Assembly: GCA_964354805.1 (NCBI GenBank)
Contig: CAYHBD010000009.1
Span: 1-64,000, forward strand
Length of the DNA stretch: 64,000 nt
Reading direction: 5' to 3'
From: an uncultured archaeon
Lineage (GTDB): Archaea > Iainarchaeota > Iainarchaeia > Iainarchaeales > GCA-2688035
The notes under the pieces are model-generated. The model saw only the letters and a list, made by a program, of their open reading frames with translations, was not told the origin of the DNA and made no database searches. The stretch's first letter is position 1. The number at the start of each line of letters is the position of its first letter. Both the position numbers and the translations under genes were made by a program. Positions 17,710-26,630 of this stretch are shown one piece after another.

Positions 17710-19244
17710 GCTTTCTTCTGCAGCACGCAGTAGTGCTTGCAATAGCAGTTCCACTTTTTGCTGCATTTGCAACAACACTGATCAGCAAAGCAGGCGGCAG
17801 GGTGAGAAACGCCTGGGCAATTATCGCTTTGCTGTTCACAGAATTGCTTGTTGTCATGCTTGCAGCAGATGTTTTTGCCGGGAACACGCATGTTTACACC
17901 GTAGGCGCAATAGTGCCAAGCCTCACCTCTCCAGAGGGTTTCCCAATCAGGATTATTCTGGTTGCTGATGCAATGTCTGCATTGGTTTCCTGCATGGCTG
18001 TAACAATAGCACTGCTTGCAGCAGTCTACAGTTGGAAGGGCATCCAAGAAGCGCAGGGCGTGGACAAATTTTACTCTCTGCTGCTTTTGCTTACAGCAGC
18101 AATGCTAGGCCTTAGCTTCACCGGAGACATTTTCACAATGTTTGTTTTCCTCGAAATTTCTTCCATTGCCTCGGCAGGCCTGATTTCTTTCTTTAGCAAG
18201 GGCGAAAGCTTTGAAGCGGCATTCAAGTACATGATTCTTTCCGCAACAGCAGGCCTCTTCTTCCTTTTTGGCGTTGGCATATTTTACGCCCAATACGGCG
18301 CATTGAACATTGCGGCTATTGCAAGCGCTGTACAAGCGAATTTCTCTTCTTTGAATGCTGTTGCAATTGCACTTATTGCTGGTGCACTTTTGCTGAAGGG
18401 CGGCAGCTTTCCGGCGCACATGTGGAAGCCTGACGCATACCAGGAAGCGCCTGCGCAGGTTACATCAATGCTGCTTGCCTATGGCATGGTCTGCCTTTAC
18501 GCTCTTTTCAGGATTTGCTTCACGATTTTCGGCGCTACTGCAATGCATTCAGCGCTCGGCTGGGCAATAATAACTCTGTCAGCGCTGAGCATTTTTGTTG
18601 GCGTAACCATGGCGCTTGTGCAGAGCAACCTGAAAAGATTGATGGGCTATGCTGCAGTGGCTGAAGCAGGCTATGTAATGCTCGGATTTGGCTGCGCCCT
18701 TGTTGCAATGCCTGCGGCAAGCGGCTTTGCCCTCAGAGCGCTTTACGGCGGAATATTCCATTTGATGAATGATGCAATTGACTTGTCTTTGCTTTTTTTG
18801 GTTGTTGGCGCTATCTGCTTTGTGACAAAAAAAAGCGATTTGAATGAAATAAAAGGATTGGCGCACAGCTCAAAAGCGCTTGCGTTGTTTTTCTTAATCG
18901 GAACTCTTGCTGTTGCAGGAATGCCCCCGTTCAACGGCTTTGCAAGCAAGCTGCTTATCTTTGAATCCGTTTATTACTTCAATCCACTGCTTTCAATCAT
19001 TGGAATACTGGGCAGCGTAATTATGCTCGCGATTTTCATTAAAGTGTTTGCCTCGCTCTTCCTCGGAATCCCGTTCAAGGGCAAAGTAAGCGCTGTTCCA
19101 AAAAGCATGCTGGCTGTTTTTTGCGTTCTTGCATTTTTCATAATTTTACTCGGCTTGTTCCCGCAATTTGTAGTTGAATTGCTGATAAAGCCGGCTGCTT
19201 CTGCATTGGTTAATTCAAAAGCATACATCGGGGGAATATTATGA
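17706..19244 (+). CDS. mbhH: Mbh subunit H (MnhD/NuoM-like ion-translocating subunit)
   Basis: TGDIFTMFVFLEI, EAAFKY, KGGSFPAHMWKPDAY, GMPPFNGFASK. Confidence 0.9.
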   Translation: MSFLLQHAVVLAIAVPLFAAFATTLISKAGGRVRNAWAIIALLFTELLVVMLAADVFAGNTHVYTVGAIVPSLTSPEGFPIRIILVADAMSALVSCMAVTIALLAAVYSWKGIQEAQGVDKFYSLLLLLTAAMLGLSFTGDIFTMFVFLEISSIASAGLISFFSKGESFEAAFKYMILSATAGLFFLFGVGIFYAQYGALNIAAIASAVQANFSSLNAVAIALIAGALLLKGGSFPAHMWKPDAYQEAPAQVTSMLLAYGMVCLYALFRICFTIFGATAMHSALGWAIITLSALSIFVGVTMALVQSNLKRLMGYAAVAEAGYVMLGFGCALVAMPAASGFALRALYGGIFHLMNDAIDLSLLFLVVGAICFVTKKSDLNEIKGLAHSSKALALFFLIGTLAVAGMPPFNGFASKLLIFESVYYFNPLLSIIGILGSVIMLAIFIKVFASLFLGIPFKGKVSAVPKSMLAVFCVLAFFIILLGLFPQFVVELLIKPAASALVNSKAYIGGIL

Positions 19245-19585
19245 TAGACTTGGCGCTGAAAACAGCTGCAGGATACTGGGCACCGTTGGTGTGGCTGGCT
19301 GCATTCTTAATCGCGCTTGCAATAGCATTGATTATAAGAAGCAGGGGCAACAGCAGATTCAAGCAGGGCAAAGAGCAGGCAACACCGTTCTTCTCGGGAA
19401 ACAGGCCGCCCGAAGAAAACATTTCAGGAAACAATTTTTACTGGGGCTTTTTTTCCGCAACAGGCAAATACTATAAATGGCTCCTGAAATTGCACACTGG
19501 CATAGTGAACGACTATGTCTTCTGCCTTGTATTGCTGGTTATTTTTCTTTTGCTGGCGGCAGCGCTCGGAGGCGGCATGCCATGA
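19241..19585 (+). CDS. mbhI: Mbh subunit I
   Basis: GYWAPLVW…PFFSGN…WGF…HTGIVNDYV. Confidence 0.82.
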   Translation: MIDLALKTAAGYWAPLVWLAAFLIALAIALIIRSRGNSRFKQGKEQATPFFSGNRPPEENISGNNFYWGFFSATGKYYKWLLKLHTGIVNDYVFCLVLLVIFLLLAAALGGGMP

Positions 19586-19641
19586 GCCAGAATTGCAGGC
19601 GCGCTGAATCACAGTGCTTGGGGGAATGCTATGAGCCTTAA
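19582..19641 (+). other. Bridging mini-ORF (19 aa) mbhI>mbhJ
   Basis: MSQNCRRAESQCLGECYEP*; ATGA overlap upstream, 11-nt overlap downstream. Confidence 0.6.
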
Positions 19642-20059
19642 AACATTGAATCGTTCGCTCTGGGCTTTTCATTTCAACAGCGGAAGCTGCAACGGCTGCG
19701 ATATTGAGATTGTTGCTGCACTCACGCCGCGCTATGATATTGAGAGATTTGGAATGAAAGTGGTTGGAACCCCAAGGCATGCTGATGTGCTGCTGCTCAC
19801 CGGGCCTGTTACAAATGATATGGAGGAAAAATTGCGCAGGGTTTTTGAGCAGATTCCAGAGCCAAAGGCGGTGATGGTGATTGGAAACTGCGGCAGCACT
19901 GGCGGGGTTTTCTATGAATCGTACAACATTGCAGGGCCTGCAGATAAAATAATTCCTGTTGATGTTTTTGTTGCAGGCTGCCCTCCAAGACCAGAGGCAA
20001 TAATTGACGGAGTTGCCAAGCTGTGGGCAAAGCTTGAGAAGAAGGTGGACAAGAAATGA
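19631..20059 (+). CDS. mbhJ: Mbh small subunit J (NuoB-like Fe-S)
   Basis: GSCNGCDIE, PRHADVLL, GNCG, GCPPRPE. Confidence 0.92.
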   Translation: MSLKTLNRSLWAFHFNSGSCNGCDIEIVAALTPRYDIERFGMKVVGTPRHADVLLLTGPVTNDMEEKLRRVFEQIPEPKAVMVIGNCGSTGGVFYESYNIAGPADKIIPVDVFVAGCPPRPEAIIDGVAKLWAKLEKKVDKK

Positions 20060-20613
20060 ATGCGAAAGATGCGCTTGATTCATTCAAAAAGCAGTTCGGC
20101 AAAAAGCTCAGCGAAGCGAGGATTGAGAAATTCAAGAACAATGCAAAGAAAAGCAGGGTGGAAAGGATCTGGGTTTCAATTGAACGTGATTCGTTCAAGG
20201 AAGCAGTAAAATATTTGTGCACAATTCACCCAATGCCGCACTTTGCTGTCATTTCAGGCTATCAGATTGGAGATTTGATTGAATTAATTTACCATTTCAG
20301 CCTGAATTACGCAAGCAAACAAGGCGAGTTTTCCTTCAGCATTAAAACAACTCTGCCCAAGGCTGATGCAGTGCTGCCCACAATCACTGACCTCATTCCA
20401 GGCGCCCTGGTTTCAGAGAGGGAAGTGCAGGAAATGCTTGGAGTGAAAATTGAGGGCATTCCTGATTCAAGAAGGCTGTTTTTGCAGAAAGAGTTTCCAA
20501 AGGGCGTTTACCCCTGGAGAAGGGATGAAACAGGCCCTGAAAAAATGGTCAGGAACTTAAGCAAGCCAGCGGAAAAAGATGAAAATTTAAGCAAAGGTGA
20601 AAAGAGTGACTGA
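20056..20613 (+). CDS. mbhK: Mbh subunit K (NuoC-like)
   Basis: ELIYHF…LPTITDLIPGA..SERE..EMLG…RRLFL…YPWR. Confidence 0.88.
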   Translation: MNAKDALDSFKKQFGKKLSEARIEKFKNNAKKSRVERIWVSIERDSFKEAVKYLCTIHPMPHFAVISGYQIGDLIELIYHFSLNYASKQGEFSFSIKTTLPKADAVLPTITDLIPGALVSEREVQEMLGVKIEGIPDSRRLFLQKEFPKGVYPWRRDETGPEKMVRNLSKPAEKDENLSKGEKSD

Positions 20614-20659
20614 AAAGGCAACAGGATTCTTAAATCAAGGCAAAGGTGGCAAGAAATGA
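20606..20659 (+). other. Bridging mini-ORF (17 aa) mbhK>mbhL
   Basis: GTG-start MTEKATGFLNQGKGGKK*; AGGTGA RBS, 8-nt overlap upstream, ATGA overlap downstream. Confidence 0.6.
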
Positions 20660-21894
20660 GCGAGAAAAAAGATAGCAACTCTTTCAGCTTGTCTGTTGGG
20701 CCTGTCCACCCGGCGCTTAAGGAGCCAGTGAGGCTGAACTGCGAGATTGAAGGAGAAAGGGTTGCAAGTGTTGACTTTGAATTGAGCCAGGTGCACAGGG
20801 GCATTGAATGGATGGGCACAAGAAGGAACCCGGTGCAGATAATCACGCTTTCTGAAAGAGTTTGCGGAATCTGCAACATCTGCCACACGCTTTGCTTTTG
20901 TATGTCTGTTGAAAGCATTGCAGGCATTGAAGTGCCTGCAAGAGCGCATTACATCAGGACAATTGTTGCAGAACTGGAGAGAATCCACAGCCATATTCTA
21001 TGGACTGGAATTGCGGCGCACGAGCTTGGCTTTGACAGCGTTATGCACTACACCTGGAGGCTGCGAGAAAATGTGCTTGACACAATCGAATATCTGACAG
21101 GCAACAGGATAACAAAGGCAATGATAACAATAGGCGGAGTGAGAAGAGACATCAGCGAAAAGCAGTATCCGAAAATCAGGGAGTCAATGAATTACTATAA
21201 AGCCAATTTCAATAAATTAAAGGACATTTTCCTGAAAGATCCGATCATTAAATCGAGGACAAGGGATGCCGGAATTTTAACCAGAACAGATGCCCTGCGC
21301 TTGTGCGCTGTCGGTCCTACTGCCAGGGCATCAGGCATCAGAAAGGATGTAAGGCAGGACGAGCCATACGCCGCTTACGCTGAACTTGATGTGAAAGCAA
21401 TAACGCCAAGGGATTTAACAGGAGAAATTAGGGGCGATGTTTTCGACAGGATTATCGTAAGGCTGCTTGAATTGCAGCAATCAATTGAAATAATTGAAAA
21501 GTGCATGCAGCAGATGCCAAAAGGAAAAATAGTGCACGAAGAGAAAATCCCAAAATTGCTTGCTGATTTGCGCAACCTGAGCGGCGAGGGCATTGGAAGG
21601 CACGAGGCTCCAAGGGGAGAGGTATTCCATTACGTTAAATTCACCGGGCAAGAAGCACCCTACGCTTGGAAAATCAGGGCTCCAACTTACAACAATCTCC
21701 TCAGCTGGATTCCGATGCTTCTTGGAGCGCAGATTGCAGACATCCCCATTATTGCAGCATCAACAGACCCCTGTCTGAGCTGCGCTAATAGGGCTGTTAT
21801 TGCAGATATGAGCGAAAGAATAGTGCTTGACAATGATGCACTGCACAAATTGTCTGTTGAAAAAACAATTGAATTGCGGAGGCAATTGAAATGA
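20656..21894 (+). CDS. mbhL: Group 4 [NiFe]-hydrogenase large subunit MbhL
   Basis: GPVHPALKEP, ERVCGICNICH (L1), EAPRGE, DPCLSCANR (L2) plus a cleavable C-terminal extension. Confidence 0.93.
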   Translation: MSEKKDSNSFSLSVGPVHPALKEPVRLNCEIEGERVASVDFELSQVHRGIEWMGTRRNPVQIITLSERVCGICNICHTLCFCMSVESIAGIEVPARAHYIRTIVAELERIHSHILWTGIAAHELGFDSVMHYTWRLRENVLDTIEYLTGNRITKAMITIGGVRRDISEKQYPKIRESMNYYKANFNKLKDIFLKDPIIKSRTRDAGILTRTDALRLCAVGPTARASGIRKDVRQDEPYAAYAELDVKAITPRDLTGEIRGDVFDRIIVRLLELQQSIEIIEKCMQQMPKGKIVHEEKIPKLLADLRNLSGEGIGRHEAPRGEVFHYVKFTGQEAPYAWKIRAPTYNNLLSWIPMLLGAQIADIPIIAASTDPCLSCANRAVIADMSERIVLDNDALHKLSVEKTIELRRQLK

Positions 21895-21941
21895 CTGAAA
21901 TGCCGCTTGCAGAAAGCTTGAATTCAGGCAGAGGCGATTGA
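21891..21941 (+). other. Bridging mini-ORF (16 aa) mbhL>mbhM
   Basis: MTEMPLAESLNSGRGD*; ATGA overlap upstream, TGA-A-ATG downstream; ATTGAAATGACTGAA duplicated. Confidence 0.6.
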
Positions 21942-21942
21942 A

Positions 21943-22947
21943 ATGACTGAACTGTTGTATGCAATGCTGCTTGTGCCAGTTGTTGCAGTGCTTGGCATAA
22001 TTCTCGGGCTTTTCTTCAACGGGATTGACAGGGTGCTTGCCGCAAGAATGCAGGCAAGGATCGGCCCTCCTGTAACGCAGCCTTTCAGGGATATAAGGAA
22101 ATTGCTTTTGAAGGAAACAATTGTCCCAATGCACGCAGTGAAATGGCTTTTCAATGCAATGCCATTGCTTTCCCTGGCAACAGCAATAACAATCCTATTT
22201 TTCATTCCGCTTGCAGGCTTTCCTCCACTGTTGCAGGGCAGCGGAGACCTTATTCTGCTGCTGTATCTGCTGTTATTCCCTTCACTTGCTTTGGTGATTG
22301 CCGGCTTTTCTTCCGCTTCCCCCTATGCAACTGTCGGAGCGCAGAGGGAAATGGTTACAATGCTTTCATTTGAGCTGCCGCTTGCAATCGCCGCTGTTTC
22401 GGTTGCATGGCTGCTTTCAACGGCATTGTGCGGGCAGGCTGTTTTTTCACTTGCAGTAATTGCAGCCAACCCTGTCTGGGGCTTGGTTGGACCGTTCGGT
22501 TTTGTCGGATTGGCAATTCTTTTCATTGCCATGCTGGTTGTAATGCCTGGCGAGCTTGGTTCAATTCCGTTTGATACAGCTGAAGCTGAAACAGAGATTG
22601 CCGGCGGAGTGCTGGTTGAATACAGTGGAAGAAACATTGCATTATTCTATCTGGCTAATGCTGTCAAAACAATTGCCTTTGCCTCAATCACAATAGCATT
22701 GTTTTTGCCTTATGGAATTGCTGCATGGCTTGGCTTAGGCGGAATTGCCGCTGCTTTTGCCAATGCGCTTTTCTTTTTGCTCAAATTGTTTGCCGTTGTT
22801 TTTGTCGGCAGGATTTTCCTGAGAGTTGCGATTCCGAGGCTGAGGATAACGCAGGTTGTCAAGGCATTCTGGGGCTATGCAACCTTTGCTGCCCTGCTTG
22901 CCCTGATGCTGATAATAATTGACGTTGCTTTGCGGGGAGTGATTTGA
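21943..22947 (+). CDS. mbhM: Mbh subunit M (NuoH-like)
   Basis: DRVLAARMQARIGPP..QPF.DIRKLL.KE, PFDTAEAETEIAGGVLVEYSG, PRLRI. Confidence 0.92.
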   Translation: MTELLYAMLLVPVVAVLGIILGLFFNGIDRVLAARMQARIGPPVTQPFRDIRKLLLKETIVPMHAVKWLFNAMPLLSLATAITILFFIPLAGFPPLLQGSGDLILLLYLLLFPSLALVIAGFSSASPYATVGAQREMVTMLSFELPLAIAAVSVAWLLSTALCGQAVFSLAVIAANPVWGLVGPFGFVGLAILFIAMLVVMPGELGSIPFDTAEAETEIAGGVLVEYSGRNIALFYLANAVKTIAFASITIALFLPYGIAAWLGLGGIAAAFANALFFLLKLFAVVFVGRIFLRVAIPRLRITQVVKAFWGYATFAALLALMLIIIDVALRGVI

Positions 22948-23322
22948 ATGGCAATGAGAGCTGAGCTGCTGAAACAGTTGTTCAAACGCCCCTTCACTAA
23001 CCTCTTTCCCGCAAAGCGCATTCCAAAGAGCGTAACGGATTTTCTGCTCAAAGTGAAGAAAGGCGAAGCAAAACCAAACAAGCCAATTGCTGTTCCGCCT
23101 GGATTCAGGGGAAAAATCGCTTACAGCAGGGAGAAATGCATTGGATGCCAGCTCTGCGTGAAAGTCTGCCCTGCAGCGGCAGTAGAATTCCTGCCGGCAG
23201 AGAAAAAAATCCGCTACCATTTGTTCAGGTGCACTTTCTGCGGATACTGCGTTGAAGTGTGCCCTGTGAAAGCGCTTCTCTTTACGGATGAGTTTTTGCT
23301 CGCGGATTATAAGAAGGATTAG
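22948..23322 (+). CDS. mbhN: Mbh subunit N (2x[4Fe-4S], NuoI-like)
   Basis: CIGCQLCVKVCP and CTFCGYCVEVCP. Confidence 0.92.
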   Translation: MAMRAELLKQLFKRPFTNLFPAKRIPKSVTDFLLKVKKGEAKPNKPIAVPPGFRGKIAYSREKCIGCQLCVKVCPAAAVEFLPAEKKIRYHLFRCTFCGYCVEVCPVKALLFTDEFLLADYKKD

Positions 23323-23608
23323 TGATTGTAATCAAGCACCATTGTCAACTAATTGTAATAGTTGAGGAATGGCAGTATCTTGAAAAATAAGTCGTTTTAG
23401 TCAATCGCGCTATTCTTTTTTAACGATTCTGCAGAGTAAATAAAATGGTAAAGGTGGGTTTCAAACGCTTCTGAAAGAAAAAAAACCAGTATTAGCCAGA
23501 CGTTTTTTTTTATTAAAAAAGCTCGGCCTGTTTTGGTGGATTGACAATAACCGGCTTATCGTTTCAACAATTCTGGTTCTTTCGGTCATTTTTGCTTTTC
23601 AGAACTTT

Positions 23609-24358
23609 ATGCTAGCAATACTGTTTGAATCCGTCTGCTTAACCTACCCTATAATATTATTGTTAGTTGGGCAGACCGTATTTGGAAGAGGGTATACAAA
23701 GAAAAAAGGACTATTACAACTGGCATTAAAAATTCTGGAAGAAAAGAAACAAGCCGAAATAATAAAGCCAAAAGATGGGTGGGAAATAAGCGAAATAATG
23801 ACGTTTATTTATAACCAAATATGTGAATATGAATCAGTGTCAAGATTTGAAGATTGGGACATAGTTGTAGAAAAGACATACGATGAACTACAAGCAGTGT
23901 TGGATGACACTGAATGGGTTCTAGACTTTGGAAACAATAATCACAGACGGGAAAGCCTGAATAAGGTTAAAGCATTTCTCGAAGAGCTTCCAATCTTGAA
24001 AAACCCAGAATTAGAAATTTTGGATTCAAGGCAATACATCCAGCAAAACAGATCTGTTTTTTCAGAGTTTAAAGAGAGGGTGAGTAGAGAACAAAATATC
24101 CCGTTTGAAAAAAGAGAAGTAGGGCTTCGCACAAGAATTTGGAAGTGGTTTACTAACAAAATAAGGTGGTTTAATAAAAGTCGGGCGCAACTTTTTGTTG
24201 GAGTTATCCTCTTTTTAGTTTACATTGGTATCACTTTGTTACACCCAATAGATGCAAACCCAGTCAGTATGTGTTTTCTTTTAGTAATGGCGATTGCACT
24301 CATGTTTTTATCATCCAAGCAATTGTCGGGGTTTAACAAAGGGTTGGCCGCCAAATAA
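23609..24358 (+). CDS. Hypothetical membrane protein (AT-rich; frame open from 23444)
   Basis: 249-aa ORF with N- and C-terminal TMs; composition differs from the mbh genes. Confidence 0.6.
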   Translation: MLAILFESVCLTYPIILLLVGQTVFGRGYTKKKGLLQLALKILEEKKQAEIIKPKDGWEISEIMTFIYNQICEYESVSRFEDWDIVVEKTYDELQAVLDDTEWVLDFGNNNHRRESLNKVKAFLEELPILKNPELEILDSRQYIQQNRSVFSEFKERVSREQNIPFEKREVGLRTRIWKWFTNKIRWFNKSRAQLFVGVILFLVYIGITLLHPIDANPVSMCFLLVMAIALMFLSSKQLSGFNKGLAAK

Positions 24359-24372
24359 AATCTCTGATTTGT

Positions 24373-24589
24373 ACTCAAGCCCTTTTATTTCACTCCACTT
24401 CTTCTCCCTCAAAATTTCCAACCGTTTTTTCTTTGCTGCGGCAACTGCAGGCGAAATGCTGTAGCCGATCTGGATTTTTTCCGGCTGCATTCCAATGAAC
24501 AAAATTTTTCCAGCGCAGCGCTCAAGCTGCGAAACCAGGAAATGCAACGGCATTGCGTGCGTTCCAAAAGAAATACTGTTGAGCTTTTC
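24373..24589 (-). pseudogene. Displaced diverged 3' half of hycI
   Basis: KLNSISFGTHAMPLHFLVSQLERCAGKILFIGMQP… vs KLNSVSFGTHAMPLHFLVSHLEKYAEKILFIAVQP in the intact gene; no 5' half. Confidence 0.85.
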
Positions 24590-24848
24590 ATTAGACCGCA
24601 GCTGAGGATAGTGTCCTTGTATATTTCCCTCTTTTTTCCAAAAGAATTGGCGACTGTTACACTGGTTTTCAGCGAAAGTTTCGCTAAAAAGCGAAACTTT
24701 TAATGAGGGGGCTGCTCATTGGGAGGAAAAGGTTTTGGAAAACAGTTAACAGCGCTGTTTTGGCTGCCGGGAGTGGCATCGGTTTTTTTGAGAAATATCG
24801 GTTTTTGCCGATATATTTAAAATATCGTTGTTTCCCTTTTTGTGCGTT

Positions 24849-25451
24849 ATGAAGCTGACGGCAAGGCAGACATACAAGGTTATTTCGTTTATTCTGCGCA
24901 ACCAACAGTTTACGCAGATGGAGGCGTTTAAGGCAACCGGAACCTCTTGGGGCAGGATGAATGAGGTGGTGCAGTGGCTTGTTAGCAAGAATTTTGTGGA
25001 GAAAAGGAAAAATGGTTATGAGTTAATTGACCCTGCCGGGCTTGTTTCACTGTTCCCTTTATATCGGGACATGAATTCTCTTCTGTTGCGGAAGCTGCCG
25101 TTAAGGTTGTCTAAAAAGCAGATAATGGAAAGATTGCCTAAAAAAACAGCGCTTTGCCTGGATTCAGCGCTGCAATTCTATTCAGCATACTGGCACAGCA
25201 ACAGGGTGTGCGTATATGTGGAAGAAAACAGCGCGTTACTCAAAAAAATTGAAAAAGAATTCACGCCGTTAACCGGCGGGAACACCCTCCTCTGGCTATT
25301 CAAGCCGGATATTGCGCCAGAAACAGCAAAAGTAAAATCTTTCACAATAACAGACAGGCTCAGAACCCTAATCGATATGGCTTGCGATAACAAGAGCTAT
25401 TATGCAAAGGACCTCTACAAGCAGCTGTGGAAACTAAAATTTGAGGAATGA
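24849..25451 (+). CDS. wHTH protein, probable antitoxin of a type IV (AbiE-like) pair
   Basis: N-terminal HTH (FTQMEAFKATGTSWGRMNEVVQWL), C-terminal ITDRLRTLIDM; directly upstream of an NTase. Confidence 0.6.
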   Translation: MKLTARQTYKVISFILRNQQFTQMEAFKATGTSWGRMNEVVQWLVSKNFVEKRKNGYELIDPAGLVSLFPLYRDMNSLLLRKLPLRLSKKQIMERLPKKTALCLDSALQFYSAYWHSNRVCVYVEENSALLKKIEKEFTPLTGGNTLLWLFKPDIAPETAKVKSFTITDRLRTLIDMACDNKSYYAKDLYKQLWKLKFEE

Positions 25452-25457
25452 AAAAAA

Positions 25458-26123
25458 ATGGGCCCATATGGATTAACAGAGTTGTCGTTCAAAGAACTTG
25501 CCAACATAACAAAACTATTCAACATCCATGGCTTGACCCCGATTATTGTTGGCGGATGGGCAGTCTACCACTATACAAAAGGCGCAAAATCAATAGACGT
25601 TGACTTAGTGTTGCCGTCAAAGCACGCAATTCAAATATTTGAAAAATACTGTGGACAACGTGGATTCAAAAAAGACAAGGCGGCAAGAATAAGGGTGTTG
25701 TTCAAAAAGGAAGTCGGGGTAAAAACAGGAAAACAAGAAATCGAGTTGGATATATTCACTCTAACAGACAAGAATGTGCTTGCCTCAAATAAATCAATTG
25801 AGATCCCCTGGCAACTGGCAGAGAAATACAGCGAGCTGTGGCAACTGGAAAAGAATACAACCGCAAGAGTGCCGGCAAAAGAAGTGCTGCTTTTGTACAA
25901 AACAGCAGCCTTTATAGACAGGCAATTCAAACTGAGGACATGGGCAAATCTCAGCAAGGTTACAAGAGACAGGCTGAAAGCAAAAATAGCGAAAGACAAA
26001 GAAGACATAAAAAGCCTGCTGAACCTTTCAATAGACAAAGAAAAACTGCTTAGGCTTTTGAAAGAAACAGATTTTGAAGAGCAGTTTAACAAAACAATAA
26101 AAGAAATTGAAAAACAAAAATAA
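25458..26123 (+). CDS. Nucleotidyltransferase (AbiEii/AbiGii-like toxin)
   Basis: IIVGGWAVYHY…SIDVDLV…ELDIF…LLLYK…KDKEDI. Confidence 0.72.
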   Translation: MGPYGLTELSFKELANITKLFNIHGLTPIIVGGWAVYHYTKGAKSIDVDLVLPSKHAIQIFEKYCGQRGFKKDKAARIRVLFKKEVGVKTGKQEIELDIFTLTDKNVLASNKSIEIPWQLAEKYSELWQLEKNTTARVPAKEVLLLYKTAAFIDRQFKLRTWANLSKVTRDRLKAKIAKDKEDIKSLLNLSIDKEKLLRLLKETDFEEQFNKTIKEIEKQK

Positions 26124-26132
26124 ACAGCCAGT

Positions 26133-26576
26133 TCACTCAAGTGCTTTTATTGCCCGCCAATTCTTTTTTTTCAGGATTTCAATCAGTTTTTTCTTGCTTT
26201 TCTTTGCATCTGCGGAGATTTTTTCTCCCAACTGCATTTTGCCTGGCTGAACCGCAATGAACAGGATTTTTTCGGCATATTTTTCCAAATGCGAAACCAG
26301 GAAATGCAATGGCATTGCGTGCGTTCCGAAAGAAACACTGTTCAATTTGCCTTTAGGGAGCAGCCTGAATTCTCCAGCGGGCAGGCCCATTTCCGCTGCG
26401 TCAACAATAACCAAAAGTTCCGGGCGCTCTCTTTTCACAACAGCAGCAAAATTCTCAGGCACTGTTTCGCACGCAAGCGAAAGCCACTCGCTGTGTTTGA
26501 ATTCCCTTGCAATAATGTTCCCGATTCCGTCATCGCCCTTCAGCTCGTTGCCAATGCCCATCAGAATAAATTTCAT
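26133..26576 (-). CDS. hycI: Hydrogenase maturation endopeptidase (HycI-like)
   Basis: GIGNELKGDDGIG, ETVPEN, VDAAEM, GTHAMPL. Confidence 0.92.
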   Translation of the reverse strand: MKFILMGIGNELKGDDGIGNIIAREFKHSEWLSLACETVPENFAAVVKRERPELLVIVDAAEMGLPAGEFRLLPKGKLNSVSFGTHAMPLHFLVSHLEKYAEKILFIAVQPGKMQLGEKISADAKKSKKKLIEILKKKNWRAIKALE

Positions 26577-26591
26577 TTCTTTTTCACCTTT

Positions 26592-26630
26592 CCCTCAATT
26601 CATTCCAATGCAAATCAAAATGAATTTTAT
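26592..26630 (-). repeat. Degenerate copy of the hycI 5' end in the hypA-hycI spacer
   Basis: ATAAAATTCATTTTGATTTGCATTGG-AATGAATTGAGGG vs ATGAAATTTATTCTGATGGGCATTGGCAACGAGCTGAAGGG. Confidence 0.7.

Noticed and set aside
20656-21894. Mbx/Mbs sulfane reductase or complex I-like call
   Set aside because: Both CxxC nickel motifs are intact and hycI/hypA are nearby, which favours a true hydrogenase.
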